From assembly GCA_964639975.1 (NCBI GenBank), contig CAZXER010000003.1, positions 5,968 through 69,967 of the forward strand: a stretch of 64,000 nt of DNA, read 5' to 3'. The notes below the pieces were generated by a model, which was given only the letters and a program-made list of their open reading frames with translations, was not told the origin of the DNA and did no database searches. Within the stretch, counting starts at the first letter, position 1. Each line of letters begins with the position of its first letter. A program made the position numbers and the translations under genes. The stretch is from an uncultured Halobacteriales archaeon. Its GTDB lineage: Archaea > Halobacteriota > Halobacteria > Halobacteriales > SKSH01. Below are positions 55,026-64,000 of this stretch, in pieces.

Positions 55026-55982
55026 ATGACGCGTGGCGCGTTGGTCGAAAACGTCTCGGCAATGCTGCAGGATGCCGAATATGTCGTCAGCGACCGCTGC
55101 GCCATCCGACCCAAGAGCTTCGATCTGGTGGCTCGCCGTGACGATTCGATTCTGTTCCTCAAGATCCTGGGGAACATCGACGCGTTCGATCGGACCATCG
55201 GCGTCGAGATGCGCCGGTTGAGCGAGCTATTCGGCGGGACCGCCCTCGTCATCGGGATGCGCAGTCGAGACGAGGAGCTCAAGCCGAGTGTCGTCTACTT
55301 CAGACACGGCGTACCGGTCATCAGTCCAGACACCGCCTTCGACCTCTTCATCGAGGAGGTCGATCCGCTGATCTACGCCGCACCGGGTGGACTGTACGTG
55401 TCCATCGACAGCGACATCATCGAGGACGAGCGTCGCGACCGCGGCTGGAGCCTTGGACAGCTCGCAGACGAACTCGGGGTCTCGCGGCGAACCGTCTCGA
55501 AGTACGAAGACGGGATGAATGCAAGCATCGACGTCGCGATGCGCCTCGAGGAGCTCTTCGAGGCTCCACTGACGCGGCCCGTTTCACTCATCGAAGACGA
55601 GGAGGATTCCTTGGTCACAGAGCATCAACAGCCGATCGAGGACGAGGATCCACTCCCGGAAGGCCGGACGGTCAAGCTACTCACCCATGCGGGCTTTCGA
55701 GCCCACGCGATCACCCGCGCTCCGTTTCGAGCGATCGGTGAGGACGATGAAGGTGACAAGGGGGTCGTACTGACCGGCCAGTCGGAGTACAACCGGACGG
55801 CCAAGAAACGTGCGCGGATCATGGGGTCGATCAGTCGCGTCACCGACTCGCAGTCGGTATACATCGTCGAACGGGCCAGAGAGGACTCCATCGAGGGGAC
55901 GGCGATCGTCGAGCGCCAGGAGGTCGAGAATATCGACGAGAGTGACGATCTGCGGGCGATGATCGATAGCAGGGCTGGCTGA
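55026..55982 (+). CDS. Putative HTH-type (XRE-like) transcriptional regulator of the MJ1164 type
   Basis: Start moved to ATG 55026 (MTRGALVENV). The N-terminal endonuclease-like module (FDLVARRDDSILFLKIL) precedes the HTH WSLGQLADELGVSRRTVSKYEDG. Confidence 0.7.
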   Translation: MTRGALVENVSAMLQDAEYVVSDRCAIRPKSFDLVARRDDSILFLKILGNIDAFDRTIGVEMRRLSELFGGTALVIGMRSRDEELKPSVVYFRHGVPVISPDTAFDLFIEEVDPLIYAAPGGLYVSIDSDIIEDERRDRGWSLGQLADELGVSRRTVSKYEDGMNASIDVAMRLEELFEAPLTRPVSLIEDEEDSLVTEHQQPIEDEDPLPEGRTVKLLTHAGFRAHAITRAPFRAIGEDDEGDKGVVLTGQSEYNRTAKKRARIMGSISRVTDSQSVYIVERAREDSIEGTAIVERQEVENIDESDDLRAMIDSRAG

Positions 55983-56072
55983 CCCAAACCCCTCGTCTAT
56001 CGCGGTATAACGCCCTCAAACGGGAGAATCCACACCCGCAAGCGTTTTTTCTCCGCCTCCAGTATCACGCGT

Positions 56073-56558
56073 ATGGCAAATTGCCCGCTGGCAGATGAAT
56101 GTCCCAGCTTTACCGAACGGATCGAGGGGATGGGCTGTCAGCACTACGGCGATCGCGGGGGGCGTGAGTGGTGTAACCACTATCACCAACCGATCAGTGA
56201 CCTGAAAACACAACCGGTCAAGCCGGGCGAGGAGATCATCGTTGAGGTGACCGATATCCACGAAAGTGGGGCCGGAGTCGGTCGAACTGAGGAGGGGTTC
56301 ATCGTACTCGTCGATGGGGTCCTTCCCGATGCACGGGCGAAGGTGAAGATCACCCGGGTCCACTCGAATCACGCCCGAGCTGAGGAGCTCGAACGCCTCG
56401 AATTGGATCCGGAGGACGACGAAGCGACAGACGAGGAACTCGAGGTGGTCGACGAAGCGGATGATGACGACGAGGAAGAAGAAGACGACGACGAAGACGA
56501 GGCGCCAAGACGCCCCGAACGGCTTGGTAGTCGAGAGAACTTCTGGGGCGGCGACTGA
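56073..56558 (+). CDS. TRAM-domain protein with a Cys-rich N-terminus and a poly-acidic tail
   Basis: TRAM core GEEIIVEVTDIHESGAGVGRTEEGFIVLVDGVLPDARAKVKITRV. N-terminal C4, C10, C22 and C34. The tail reads DEADDDDEEEEDDDEDE. Confidence 0.75.
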   Translation: MANCPLADECPSFTERIEGMGCQHYGDRGGREWCNHYHQPISDLKTQPVKPGEEIIVEVTDIHESGAGVGRTEEGFIVLVDGVLPDARAKVKITRVHSNHARAEELERLELDPEDDEATDEELEVVDEADDDDEEEEDDDEDEAPRRPERLGSRENFWGGD

Positions 56559-56630
56559 GGAGACGGGGAGTCACTCCCGACGTACTACTAATCCGTAGAC
56601 ACCGCTAGTTACCGAATCCTTCCTCGTCTA

Positions 56631-57440
56631 CTATCGGACCCGACTGCTGAGTTCCTGTATTACCGCCCGTGGAGCAGCCGTCTCTAGTGCTGGATCGGCA
56701 AACCGTAACCGGAGTCGTGGTCTGCCGACATCGATCGGTTCGGGGTCGGTGTCGATGATACCGTGTTTCTCGAGTTTGGTCTTCTTGCGAGAGAACGTCG
56801 CCTTGCTGGCCAGTCCGATGTCCTCCCCCCATTTGCTGATATCATACAACAGGTCCTGGTGTTTGGCCGCGACGAGAAGGCTGATCACAACCTCATCGAC
56901 GAGGCCATCATGGGCCACGGAGGCATCCACGAACGAAACGAACGCCTCGCGTCGATCGGGGCCTAACCGGTCTTCCAGTGTCGATTTGACACGCGATATC
57001 GGCGGAGTGTGGAGGACGTACTGCTCAGCTTCGTCGAACAGCTGTGCACAGTTCTCGGTGACATCATCGACGAATGACGGCTCCGCGGTGGACAAGGCCC
57101 CGATAGAATCGCCTACTTCGATGAGAACGAGCAACTGATCTTCATCCACCGCGAGCGATGATTTCGGTGGGTTCGGTAGATAGCGGATCTCGAGCGTATC
57201 AGCGTCAATCAGGTCTGCGATGCGACTTGCCACCGTGAACTGAGAGAGCGATTGCTTGAGCGTCCATTCCTCAGCCAGGATCCGCAGGGATGGAAACGAG
57301 TCCGGGTCCTCGTTACCAGCCTCTGCTATCTCATCGATGATCGTGGTGGAGGGATTGACGAGGTATGCACCATCGTTCAGCAATGAGCAGAGTTCGGTGC
57401 ACACATCTGCGATAGATCGGTTGACGAACGGCTCATCCAT
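56631..57440 (-). CDS. Winged-helix transcription regulator, TbsP/DUF5821-like (from memory)
   Basis: Start moved to ATG 57440 (MDEPFVNRSIADV...GAYLVNPSTTIIDEI). C-terminal wHTH ISKWGEDIGLASKATFSRKKTKLEKHGII. Confidence 0.5.
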   Translation of the reverse strand: MDEPFVNRSIADVCTELCSLLNDGAYLVNPSTTIIDEIAEAGNEDPDSFPSLRILAEEWTLKQSLSQFTVASRIADLIDADTLEIRYLPNPPKSSLAVDEDQLLVLIEVGDSIGALSTAEPSFVDDVTENCAQLFDEAEQYVLHTPPISRVKSTLEDRLGPDRREAFVSFVDASVAHDGLVDEVVISLLVAAKHQDLLYDISKWGEDIGLASKATFSRKKTKLEKHGIIDTDPEPIDVGRPRLRLRFADPALETAAPRAVIQELSSRVR

Positions 57441-57781
57441 GATACCTCGAATCTTCAATCGGGGATGACTTAATTTTACTGTCTCTTCCGGCAAATAAGT
57501 GTTCGTATCAACGAAATAAAGACACGTCAACAGATATCATAAATGTCGACATAGTGCCGTTTTTGTCAATATTCAATGAAGAATATCGGAAATTCACCGG
57601 TGGACTCGGGAAGGAATATCCCCGCTCAGCGCCTCGATTACTGGATTCTGACCTTCGCCTCGACTGATCTATGCCAAAGATATGCCAGAAAACGGGTGTG
57701 AAGTTTCGATGCGGTAAAACTATCCCGGGTTAGGAAATACCAAAAAGTCCATATATCTATCAGTCCAACACGTAAGTGGCA

Positions 57782-58051
57782 ATGCACGATATCACTGGCT
57801 TTCAACGAGACCTCCTCTATGTCATTGCTGGCCTTGAAGAGCCCCATGGGTTGGCGATCAAAGAGGAGCTTGAGGAATATTATGAGACCGAAATTCATCA
57901 CGGTCGTCTCTACCCCAACCTCGATACGCTCGTCGACAAGGGTCTCGTCGAGAAGGGTCAAAAAGACCGCCGGACCAATTTCTACACCCTCACGAGCCGA
58001 GGTCGACGCGAAATCGAAGCGCGTCGCGAATGGGAAGAACAGTACGTTTAG
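57782..58051 (+). CDS. PadR family transcriptional regulator
   Basis: GFQRDLLYVIAGLEEPHGLAIKEEL...GRLYPNLDTLVDKGLVEKG...FYTLTSRG. ATG 57782 is preferred over GTG 57776. Confidence 0.8.
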   Translation: MHDITGFQRDLLYVIAGLEEPHGLAIKEELEEYYETEIHHGRLYPNLDTLVDKGLVEKGQKDRRTNFYTLTSRGRREIEARREWEEQYV

Positions 58052-58125
58052 TATCGGCGCGCCCAGTTCTCCTTTATACCCGATGACGACCTACCTGCTG
58101 GTAGGCATCGACGCCAATATCGACC

Positions 58126-59055
58126 ATGACAGATCTACACGACCACGCGACCGAGATTCACGAGCAGTTTGAGGAGCACCTCGAGCTCAGTGTCGACGAT
58201 ATCGAAGACCGTCTCGAGACGCTCGTCGACGAGTACAAGGTACCCCTTTCGGAGGCCAGACGGAGCGTTATCAGCCACTATCTCGATCTGGCCGGGATCG
58301 AACGCGATGCGATCGACACCGGTGGCAGCACCACCGCGGATATAGCAGATATCGACACGCCCGACGAGTGGTTGACACTCGAAGCAAAGGTGGTCGAGCT
58401 CTGGGAGCCTCGCAGTGATTCCATCGACCAGGTCGGCCTCATCGGAGACGAGACCGGGACGATCAAGTTCACCAAGTGGGCGAAATCAGACCTCCAGCAG
58501 CTCGAGGAGGGCACCAGTTATCAATTCGAGAACGTTGTCTCAGACGAGTACCAGGGCCGCTACTCGGTGAAGCTCAATCGGACGACGAACATCGAGGAGC
58601 TCAGTGAGGACATCGAGGTCGGGCGGGCAACGGACTCGGTCGAGGGCGCCTTGATCGATATCCAGCAGGGGAGTGGGCTTATCAAGCGCTGTCCGCACGA
58701 GGGCTGTACCCGGGTGACCCAAAACGGTCGATGCGCCGAACACGGCGAGGTCGAGGGCGTCTTCGACCTCCGCATCAAGGGTGTCGTCGACGACGGGGTG
58801 ACGACCCAGGACGTACTCTTCGACCGCGAGGCGACGGAGCAAGTGGCCGAGATCGATCTCGAGACGGCGAAGGAGATGGCGAAGGATGCGCTCGATACCA
58901 CCGTTGTCGCCGATGAGATCGCCGATCGAGTGCTCGGTCGATACTATCGGATCGACGGACCGACGATCGGCCGGTACGTCCTCGCCGAGGAGGTCGAGTA
59001 TCTCGAAGACACCGACGAGTCCGAGGAACTTCTCGTGAAAGCGAGGTCGATGTGA
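58126..59055 (+). CDS. rpa: Replication protein A (single-stranded DNA-binding protein; OB fold plus zinc finger, Rpa3-like)
   Basis: 309 aa. OB fold (WLTLEAKVVELWEPRSDSIDQVGLIGDETGTIKFTKW) and zinc finger CPHEGCTRVTQNGRCAEHG. Confidence 0.85.
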   Translation: MTDLHDHATEIHEQFEEHLELSVDDIEDRLETLVDEYKVPLSEARRSVISHYLDLAGIERDAIDTGGSTTADIADIDTPDEWLTLEAKVVELWEPRSDSIDQVGLIGDETGTIKFTKWAKSDLQQLEEGTSYQFENVVSDEYQGRYSVKLNRTTNIEELSEDIEVGRATDSVEGALIDIQQGSGLIKRCPHEGCTRVTQNGRCAEHGEVEGVFDLRIKGVVDDGVTTQDVLFDREATEQVAEIDLETAKEMAKDALDTTVVADEIADRVLGRYYRIDGPTIGRYVLAEEVEYLEDTDESEELLVKARSM

Positions 59056-59056
59056 G

Positions 59057-59644
59057 ATGAGTGCTAGCCAACGCGAGGTCGCCAAACGGGCCTTCGCGAC
59101 CGAGTTCAACGCGGCCACGCTCACCTTCTCCGAATCCGATGAGGAGATGGCTCCACAGTACGTCCTGTTGCCGACGGGCGAACGGATGAACCGTCTCTTC
59201 GCCGTCGGCACGCTCACCGAGGTCGAGGATGTTGGTGACGAGGGCGAGTACTGGCGGGGCCGAGTGATCGACCCGACGGGGACGTTCTTCGTCTACGCTG
59301 GTCAGTACCAGCCCGAGGCCATGGCGGCCCTGCAGCAGGCATCGGTCCCTGAACACGTCGCTGTCGTCGGGAAACCGCGGACGTACGATACCGACGAGGG
59401 TGATGTCAACGTCTCAGTACGACCCGAGTACGTCGTCGGAGTCGGTGACAACGAGCGACAGCGGTGGATCGTCGAAACGGCGGCTCAGACGCTCGAGCGC
59501 ATCGACGCGTTCGAGGCCGGAGCGACCGACGACGCCATCAGAGCCCGGGATCACTACGGCGATGATCTGTCGCCGTACCTCGAAGCCGTGATCGAGGCCC
59601 TGGAGAGCCTCGAAACGACGGAACCGGTCGAAGCACCGCCGTGA
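59057..59644 (+). CDS. RPA-associated protein (COG3390-type, Rpap3-like)
   Basis: 195 aa. It starts 1 nt after the rpa stop. OB-like RMNRLFAVGTLTEVEDVGDEGEYWRGRVIDPTG. Confidence 0.75.
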   Translation: MSASQREVAKRAFATEFNAATLTFSESDEEMAPQYVLLPTGERMNRLFAVGTLTEVEDVGDEGEYWRGRVIDPTGTFFVYAGQYQPEAMAALQQASVPEHVAVVGKPRTYDTDEGDVNVSVRPEYVVGVGDNERQRWIVETAAQTLERIDAFEAGATDDAIRARDHYGDDLSPYLEAVIEALESLETTEPVEAPP

Positions 59645-59727
59645 GATAGAATTTCGTGGCCTGAGCACCACTATTGCGAGGTGACACGTGTCTGACGAAG
59701 TGTTAAGTGGCTTCCTAGCCGAGCTTC

Positions 59728-60165
59728 ATGTCCGGTATGGGAAACAAGGATACCACGCTCACCTTCCGCGTGACGGAGGACACGGCAGAGGCGCTCCGGA
59801 CGATCGCCGACGAGCGTGATCTGCCGCTTTCGGCCGTATTCCGCGATTATGCGAACATGCTTGTCACGCACGACGGCCGGGTCTCGGTCATGCCTGAGCA
59901 TGCCGTCGACCAATCGAGTGTCGACGATACCGAGTTCCCACCCACGGTCGAAGTCCCGACGAGCTTCGTGCGGGAGCACGAGCGCCTCGAGCTCGAAACC
60001 GACCATCTCAGGACCCAGCTCGAGGAATATAAGGCGTATGTGACGGAACTGCTCGAGGAGCTCGAGGAACGTGAGGACAGTGATGACGAACGGGTCATCG
60101 ACCTCGATGAGCTCGATCGAGAGCTCGATATCGATCCTGAAAACCAGCCCTATCGACTCGGCTGA
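59728..60165 (+). CDS. Hypothetical protein with an N-terminal ribbon-helix-helix-like segment and an acidic coiled-coil
   Basis: LTFRVTEDTAEALRTIADERDLPLSAVFRDY resembles a CopG/RHH beta-alpha-alpha unit. The rest is acidic coiled-coil. Confidence 0.5.
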   Translation: MSGMGNKDTTLTFRVTEDTAEALRTIADERDLPLSAVFRDYANMLVTHDGRVSVMPEHAVDQSSVDDTEFPPTVEVPTSFVREHERLELETDHLRTQLEEYKAYVTELLEELEEREDSDDERVIDLDELDRELDIDPENQPYRLG

Positions 60166-60623
60166 CGCCCCTGTTCTAGCCCTCGACGGGTCGCCGTGAC
60201 GTGTTCTGCATACGCACCAGCCCCCTCGACAGCTGCGAGATCGGCCAGTGCGTCGAGTCGGCGGATCGCATCATCCAGGAACGAGAGCAGATCGCCGTTA
60301 TAGACGTACACGCCATAGGCATCTCGCATGGCATCGATGATCTCGTCGGGCTCCTTGCCAGCGAGGCGCTCGTCGAGGATCCAACGGGCGAACTTCTCCT
60401 GGGGGTGGCCACAGTACGGCTTTGAGCGGCAGTTGCAGTCGAGGAAGTCCTGGTTGAACTCGATAACCCGGTCCCTGGCTGTCGGTTCGAGCTGGTCGAG
60501 TCCATCACCGGTATACAGGTGATCGAGTGTAGCTCCAGCGAAGGCGGCACGCGGGATCGATCGGCCGATCTGGCGACCGATTCGGTGATGATCGATCACG
60601 TACACCTTCTCTGTCAGGCTCAC
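60150..60623 (-). CDS. Conserved hypothetical protein (DUF5814-like from memory)
   Basis: 157 aa. Central CNCRSKPYCGHPQEKF motif. Convergent with the previous gene, with a 16-nt overlap. Confidence 0.5.
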   Translation of the reverse strand: MSLTEKVYVIDHHRIGRQIGRSIPRAAFAGATLDHLYTGDGLDQLEPTARDRVIEFNQDFLDCNCRSKPYCGHPQEKFARWILDERLAGKEPDEIIDAMRDAYGVYVYNGDLLSFLDDAIRRLDALADLAAVEGAGAYAEHVTATRRGLEQGRQPSR

Positions 60624-60836
60624 GGTCCGACACAGCGAGCCAGCTCACAAAAGCAAATCGGGTTCCTGCCAACCGCTGTCAGAGGGGCAGATCTGCGGTT
60701 ACAACGGCTGCGGGTTTCGCGATGGATTGGGGTACCACGTGCGTTCGAGTCGATCGGACCCCCTTGGGAGTCTCTACGGACGAGCCATCACAGGTAGCTC
60801 GAAAGCCACACTATCTTCGACAGGGAGCCAGCTCGA

Positions 60837-62168
60837 TTACGCCTGATAGCGATGTACTGCCTCGTGGATGCGCTCAGTCCCCCATTCGAGCGTCTCGACT
60901 GGGATGCGCTCGTCGCCACTGTGGACGATATCGAGGAACGGAAGCTCTCCCAGCTGCATCGGGAGGAACCCGTAACTCTGGACACCGACGGTAGCCAGAT
61001 GTCGTCCGTCAGTTGCGCCGAACATCAACAGCGGGATGGCCACCCCGTCGGTCGCCTCCTCGAGGATGTCGGCCAGTTCGGAATAGAAGTCGAGATCAGC
61101 CGCCGGAGGTCCCTGGTCGAAGCGCTGGACCTCGAACTCGACGTCGTCGACGCCTGTCAACTCGGTGATCTCCTCGATGACATCGTCGGGTCCCTGTCCC
61201 GGGACGAGCCTGCAGTCGAGGAAGACGGTGATCTCCTCTGGGACGACGTTCTCCTTGTCGCCGCCGTGAATCATCGTTGCGTTGGCCGTGTTGTGAAGCA
61301 AGGCATCCAGCATCCGTCCCTCCGCACCGAGCTCGTCGAGCACGGCATCGGTCTGTTCAGGATCTAGCAACGCCCGGAAGGTGGCCGCACGTTCATCATC
61401 AACCGCTCGGGCGATCGCTTCGATCATGGCCTCAGCAGAGGGGGTGATGTGGACAGGCAACCGCTCGCTATCGAGCGGTTCCAGGAACTGCGCCACCTTC
61501 CCGACGGCCGTGCCTGCTGTCGGCAGTGATGCATGGCCACTTGCCCCAGTGAACGTCGCCTCGAGCCAACAGATTTGCTTCTCGTTCGTCTGGATGGGAT
61601 ACGTCTCGACACCGCCGAATTCGAAGTTGAAGCCACCGAACTCACCGATCGCGTACTCGACATCGTCGAACAGTTCCGGATGCTCTTCGACCAGGAACCT
61701 GAGCCCGTCATCGCCGCCGGACTCCTCGTCGGAGACGACCAGAAAGAGGAGGTCGCCAGCTGGTGTCTCATCCGAGGTTGCCACCCGGAGGACGGTCGCC
61801 AGGAGCATGGCGACGCCACCCTTCATGTCGAGGGCACCTCGGCCCCAGACGAATCCGTCCTCGACGACACCCTCGAAGGGATCGTGGGTCCACTCCTGCC
61901 CGGTGACCGGGACGACATCGACGTGGCCATACAACAACAACGGTGCGGCATCGCCACCGGGGACCCGGGCGAGGAGGTTCGGACGATCTGGATCTCTAGC
62001 GTAGGTCTCAGATTCGATCCCGTAGGCGGCGAGCACCTCCTCGATCCACTCGATACACTGACGCTCATCGCCGGGTGGGTTGACGGTCTCGAAACGGATC
62101 AACTCGCGGAGTATATCGACTGGACGTTCGTGGAGGTCGGTTGCGACCTCGGGCGAGTGGTACTCCAT
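60837..62168 (-). CDS. M20 family metallopeptidase (ArgE/DapE/CPG2-like)
   Basis: 443 aa. LLLYGHVDVVP, RGALDMKGG, SDEESGG and the dimerisation-domain layout. Confidence 0.85.
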   Translation of the reverse strand: MEYHSPEVATDLHERPVDILRELIRFETVNPPGDERQCIEWIEEVLAAYGIESETYARDPDRPNLLARVPGGDAAPLLLYGHVDVVPVTGQEWTHDPFEGVVEDGFVWGRGALDMKGGVAMLLATVLRVATSDETPAGDLLFLVVSDEESGGDDGLRFLVEEHPELFDDVEYAIGEFGGFNFEFGGVETYPIQTNEKQICWLEATFTGASGHASLPTAGTAVGKVAQFLEPLDSERLPVHITPSAEAMIEAIARAVDDERAATFRALLDPEQTDAVLDELGAEGRMLDALLHNTANATMIHGGDKENVVPEEITVFLDCRLVPGQGPDDVIEEITELTGVDDVEFEVQRFDQGPPAADLDFYSELADILEEATDGVAIPLLMFGATDGRHLATVGVQSYGFLPMQLGELPFLDIVHSGDERIPVETLEWGTERIHEAVHRYQA

Positions 62169-62259
62169 ATCAGTAGCTCGACTGACGACCCGATAAACGC
62201 GGGGGATTTACTGTCGCAAAGAAAGCTATTTCAAGTCCTCACAGTTACGTTCGAGACGC

Positions 62260-62333
62260 GTCCGGGTTAGGGTAGTGGACTATCCTTCAGCCTTGTGGAG
62301 GCTGAGACGCGGGTTCAATTCTCGCACCCGGAC
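62260..62333 (+). tRNA. tRNA-His (anticodon GTG) with genomically encoded G-1
   Basis: G(-1)-TCCGGGT-TA-GGGT..TCCT-T-CAGCC-TTGTGGA-GGCTG-AGAC-GCGGG-TTCAATT-CTCGC-ACCCGGA-C. The anticodon loop is UU-GUG-GA. G-1 can pair with discriminator C73. CCA is not encoded. Confidence 0.9.
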
Positions 62334-62391
62334 TCACCTATTCGTTCCCGGCTCGGGCTGTTCGTACCCACGCTCACCGCTGAGAGGCTGG

Positions 62392-62580
62392 TCAGCCACT
62401 CCCTGGTTCCCAGACGCAACTTGCTCCATCAGCGAGCCCGGCGTCGTCGATGTGGGCAGAAAGGCAGGCATAATTGCAGTACTGCCCCGCCGGTTCTCGG
62501 TCACTCCCGGTGCCAATCTCGACGAACACGGGATCATGTGCGTGAATGTCGCTGTTGCAATACGTGCATGCTTCGGTCAT
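62392..62580 (-). CDS. Small (62 aa) Cys-rich protein
   Basis: MTEACTYCNSDIHAHDPVFVE...GQYCNYACLSAHIDD: C-x2-C plus C-x3-C, acidic composition, and it fills an otherwise empty gap. Confidence 0.5.
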   Translation of the reverse strand: MTEACTYCNSDIHAHDPVFVEIGTGSDREPAGQYCNYACLSAHIDDAGLADGASCVWEPGSG

Positions 62581-62629
62581 AGTGATCTCTTGGGGCTACT
62601 GCGCCGTAAATGAGCGTGTAACCGATACG

Positions 62630-63295
62630 TTACCCCTCGACCGGCCACGTCTCCTGTTGGTAGCACATCTCCCAGAAGGCGTGTTCCAGCCGGGCACTCT
62701 TGAGGAAGGCGTGCTCCATCTCGTCGTGATATCCGGGATACGCCTCGGCCATTTCATCGACGAGCCCGGTCATCCATGCAACGGCCTCGTGGAATTCCTC
62801 GCTCGTGTACTTCTCGATCCACGAGGTGTAGCGATGGTCGTCCGTTGCACGCTCGGCCGCATGGGCAGCCACGTCGAGGTACCCCTTCCCGCAAGGATAG
62901 ATGGCCGCAGCGATCACCGGTAGTGGTCGATCGTAGGCGGTTCTGACGAGGAAGTTGGTGTAGGCGGTGCACGTCGGCGCCTTCTCGACGGCAGCGAGGT
63001 CGGCCGGGGTGAGCCCGAACTCAGCCGCGAAGTCTCGATGGAGATCCATCTCGAAATCGAGGATCGTGTGAGCGACACCCAGGAGCTGAGTCATGTTCGC
63101 TTCGTCACGTGCCGTTGCCCCTGCGATGGCGAAGGTTCGGGCATAGTCCAGTAGATACTGATAGTCCTGTTCGACCCACACCCGAAACCGGTCCTCCTCC
63201 AGTGTGCCGTCTGCGAGCTCGGTGACGAAGGGATGGTCGTACTGCGATTCCCAGATAGCCTCGCCTCGTTCGAGTAATCGGTCGCTGAATGCCAT
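62630..63295 (-). CDS. tenA: TenA family aminopyrimidine aminohydrolase (thiaminase II)
   Basis: 221 aa. HPFVTELADGTLEEDRFRVWVEQDYQYL, AAIYPCGKGY and FLKSARLEHAFWEM. Confidence 0.9.
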   Translation of the reverse strand: MAFSDRLLERGEAIWESQYDHPFVTELADGTLEEDRFRVWVEQDYQYLLDYARTFAIAGATARDEANMTQLLGVAHTILDFEMDLHRDFAAEFGLTPADLAAVEKAPTCTAYTNFLVRTAYDRPLPVIAAAIYPCGKGYLDVAAHAAERATDDHRYTSWIEKYTSEEFHEAVAWMTGLVDEMAEAYPGYHDEMEHAFLKSARLEHAFWEMCYQQETWPVEG

Positions 63296-63343
63296 ACTGG
63301 AGCCTGGTCGAGTGAGGGTATATAATCTAGTGGTATAATCGAG

Positions 63344-64000
63344 TTATAACCGATCCCGTTGTGCCTCAGGCCGGTGCGTGGCTGCATCCCATTCACCGGT
63401 GGTCCGGACGGTGTTGAACACCCGCATCAGGTCCGCCCTGGTCAGGACGCCGGCGAGATCACCGTCTTCATCGATGACGAGTAACTGATCGTCGCCGGTA
63501 CCTTGCATACGCCTAATCGCATCCATCGCCGTCGTGTTCGGGTGGATCGACCGCCTCTCATCGGACATGACATCGCGGACCTCCATCGCCTCGCGTTCGT
63601 ACTCGGGAACGGACTGTGCATCGTCCAGCGTCACGATGCCGATGGGGCGATCGTTTCGCATCACGGGATAGGCGGTATGGCGCTCGTGGAACATCCGATT
63701 CAACAACTCGGCGACGGACGTTTCTGGCGTCACCATCCGGAGGTTCTCCAGCGACGTCATCGCCTCTTCGACGGTGACCCCGCCCAGCGCGGCATCCATC
63801 ATCACCCGTTTCGCCTCCGACGTCGCAGCCATGTAGATGAACACGGCGATGCCCATCAGGACGATATTGAAGATGAACAACCCCCACAATCCCAGCAACA
63901 CCGCGACCCCTTTACCCGTCTCAGCGGCCAGCTTCGTCGCCCGAGGTAACGATCGGTTGCGAGTCAAAAGTGCCCGCAGGACCCGACCGCCATCCATCGG
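63344..64000 (-). CDS. Site-2 protease (M50) family protein with tandem CBS domains, 5'-truncated by the window edge
   Basis: The frame is open to nt 64000. The (P)MDGGRVLRA motif of M50 is followed by a TM helix and two CBS modules (YPVMRNDRPIGIVTLDD; LLVIDEDGDLAGVLTRADL). Confidence 0.8.
   Translation of the reverse strand, partial: PMDGGRVLRALLTRNRSLPRATKLAAETGKGVAVLLGLWGLFIFNIVLMGIAVFIYMAATSEAKRVMMDAALGGVTVEEAMTSLENLRMVTPETSVAELLNRMFHERHTAYPVMRNDRPIGIVTLDDAQSVPEYEREAMEVRDVMSDERRSIHPNTTAMDAIRRMQGTGDDQLLVIDEDGDLAGVLTRADLMRVFNTVRTTGEWDAATHRPEAQRDRL

Noticed and set aside
57441-57781. Tiny ORFs in the long AT-rich spacer (e.g. MPKICQKTGVKFRCGKTIPG, 19 aa; the 107-aa reverse ORF 57638..57961)
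   Set aside because: They are too short or low-complexity to support. The 107-aa ORF is antisense to the PadR gene start and hydrophobic/AT-biased.
60636-60832. 10-nt direct repeat GAGCCAGCTC at both ends of the 213-nt spacer (MITE or target-site duplication idea)
   Set aside because: There are no terminal inverted repeats inside the repeats. The 10-mer is a short GC-rich palindrome-like word likely to recur by chance.
1-64000. Looked by eye for CRISPR arrays, IS/transposase or integrase genes, rRNA, prophage or defence-island signatures, inteins, and in-frame stops in conserved genes
   Set aside because: None found. There are no regularly spaced direct repeats apart from the two intragenic protein-coding repeats. 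No recombinase-like translations appear in any frame of the ORF track. All conserved genes appear intact.

Overview
This window looks like ordinary core chromosome of a haloarchaeon (class Halobacteria). The GC content is high by eye, the predicted proteins are strongly acidic, many gene junctions are tight or overlapping (ATGA-type), and the spacers are short, AT-rich and carry TATA-like boxes. Archaeal marker genes are present: aIF-2 gamma, RpoE'/Spt4, S24e/S27ae/L40e, a Kae1-Bud32 fusion, thermosome, TiaS, Trm1, Tsr3 and an RPA/RPA-associated pair. I support about 75 CDS. Many starts were moved downstream of the six-frame ORF start. Two small genes (S27ae and a 52-aa zinc-ribbon ORF) fall below the track's apparent ~60-aa cutoff, and L40e is hidden inside a longer ORF. 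There are two tRNAs: Ser-GGA, and His-GUG with a genomically encoded G-1. I saw no rRNA, CRISPR array, transposase, integrase or IS element. Many long ORFs in the track are antisense 'shadow' ORFs typical of high-GC DNA and are rejected. I do not see a clear self-contained novel system such as a defence island. The best leads are: (1) a membrane-anchored protein with five tandem YegP/UPF0339-like modules; (2) an uncharacterised PD-(D/E)xK-like protein with a C-terminal Cys cluster, next to a Zn-ribbon NUDIX and an orphan AAA+ ATPase; (3) a translationally coupled trio of small acidic protein, DUF99 and family-4 UDG; (4) an AGCGT-N10-TAGAA element framing the TATA boxes of both heat-shock genes (hsp20 and thermosome); (5) a lower-GC islet with a decayed ORF abutting the 3' end of tRNA-Ser; (6) a class V aminotransferase / TrpB2 / SerA-like cluster consistent with phosphoserine-dependent TrpB2 chemistry. 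All family assignments come from reading motifs in the translations. No database search was run.
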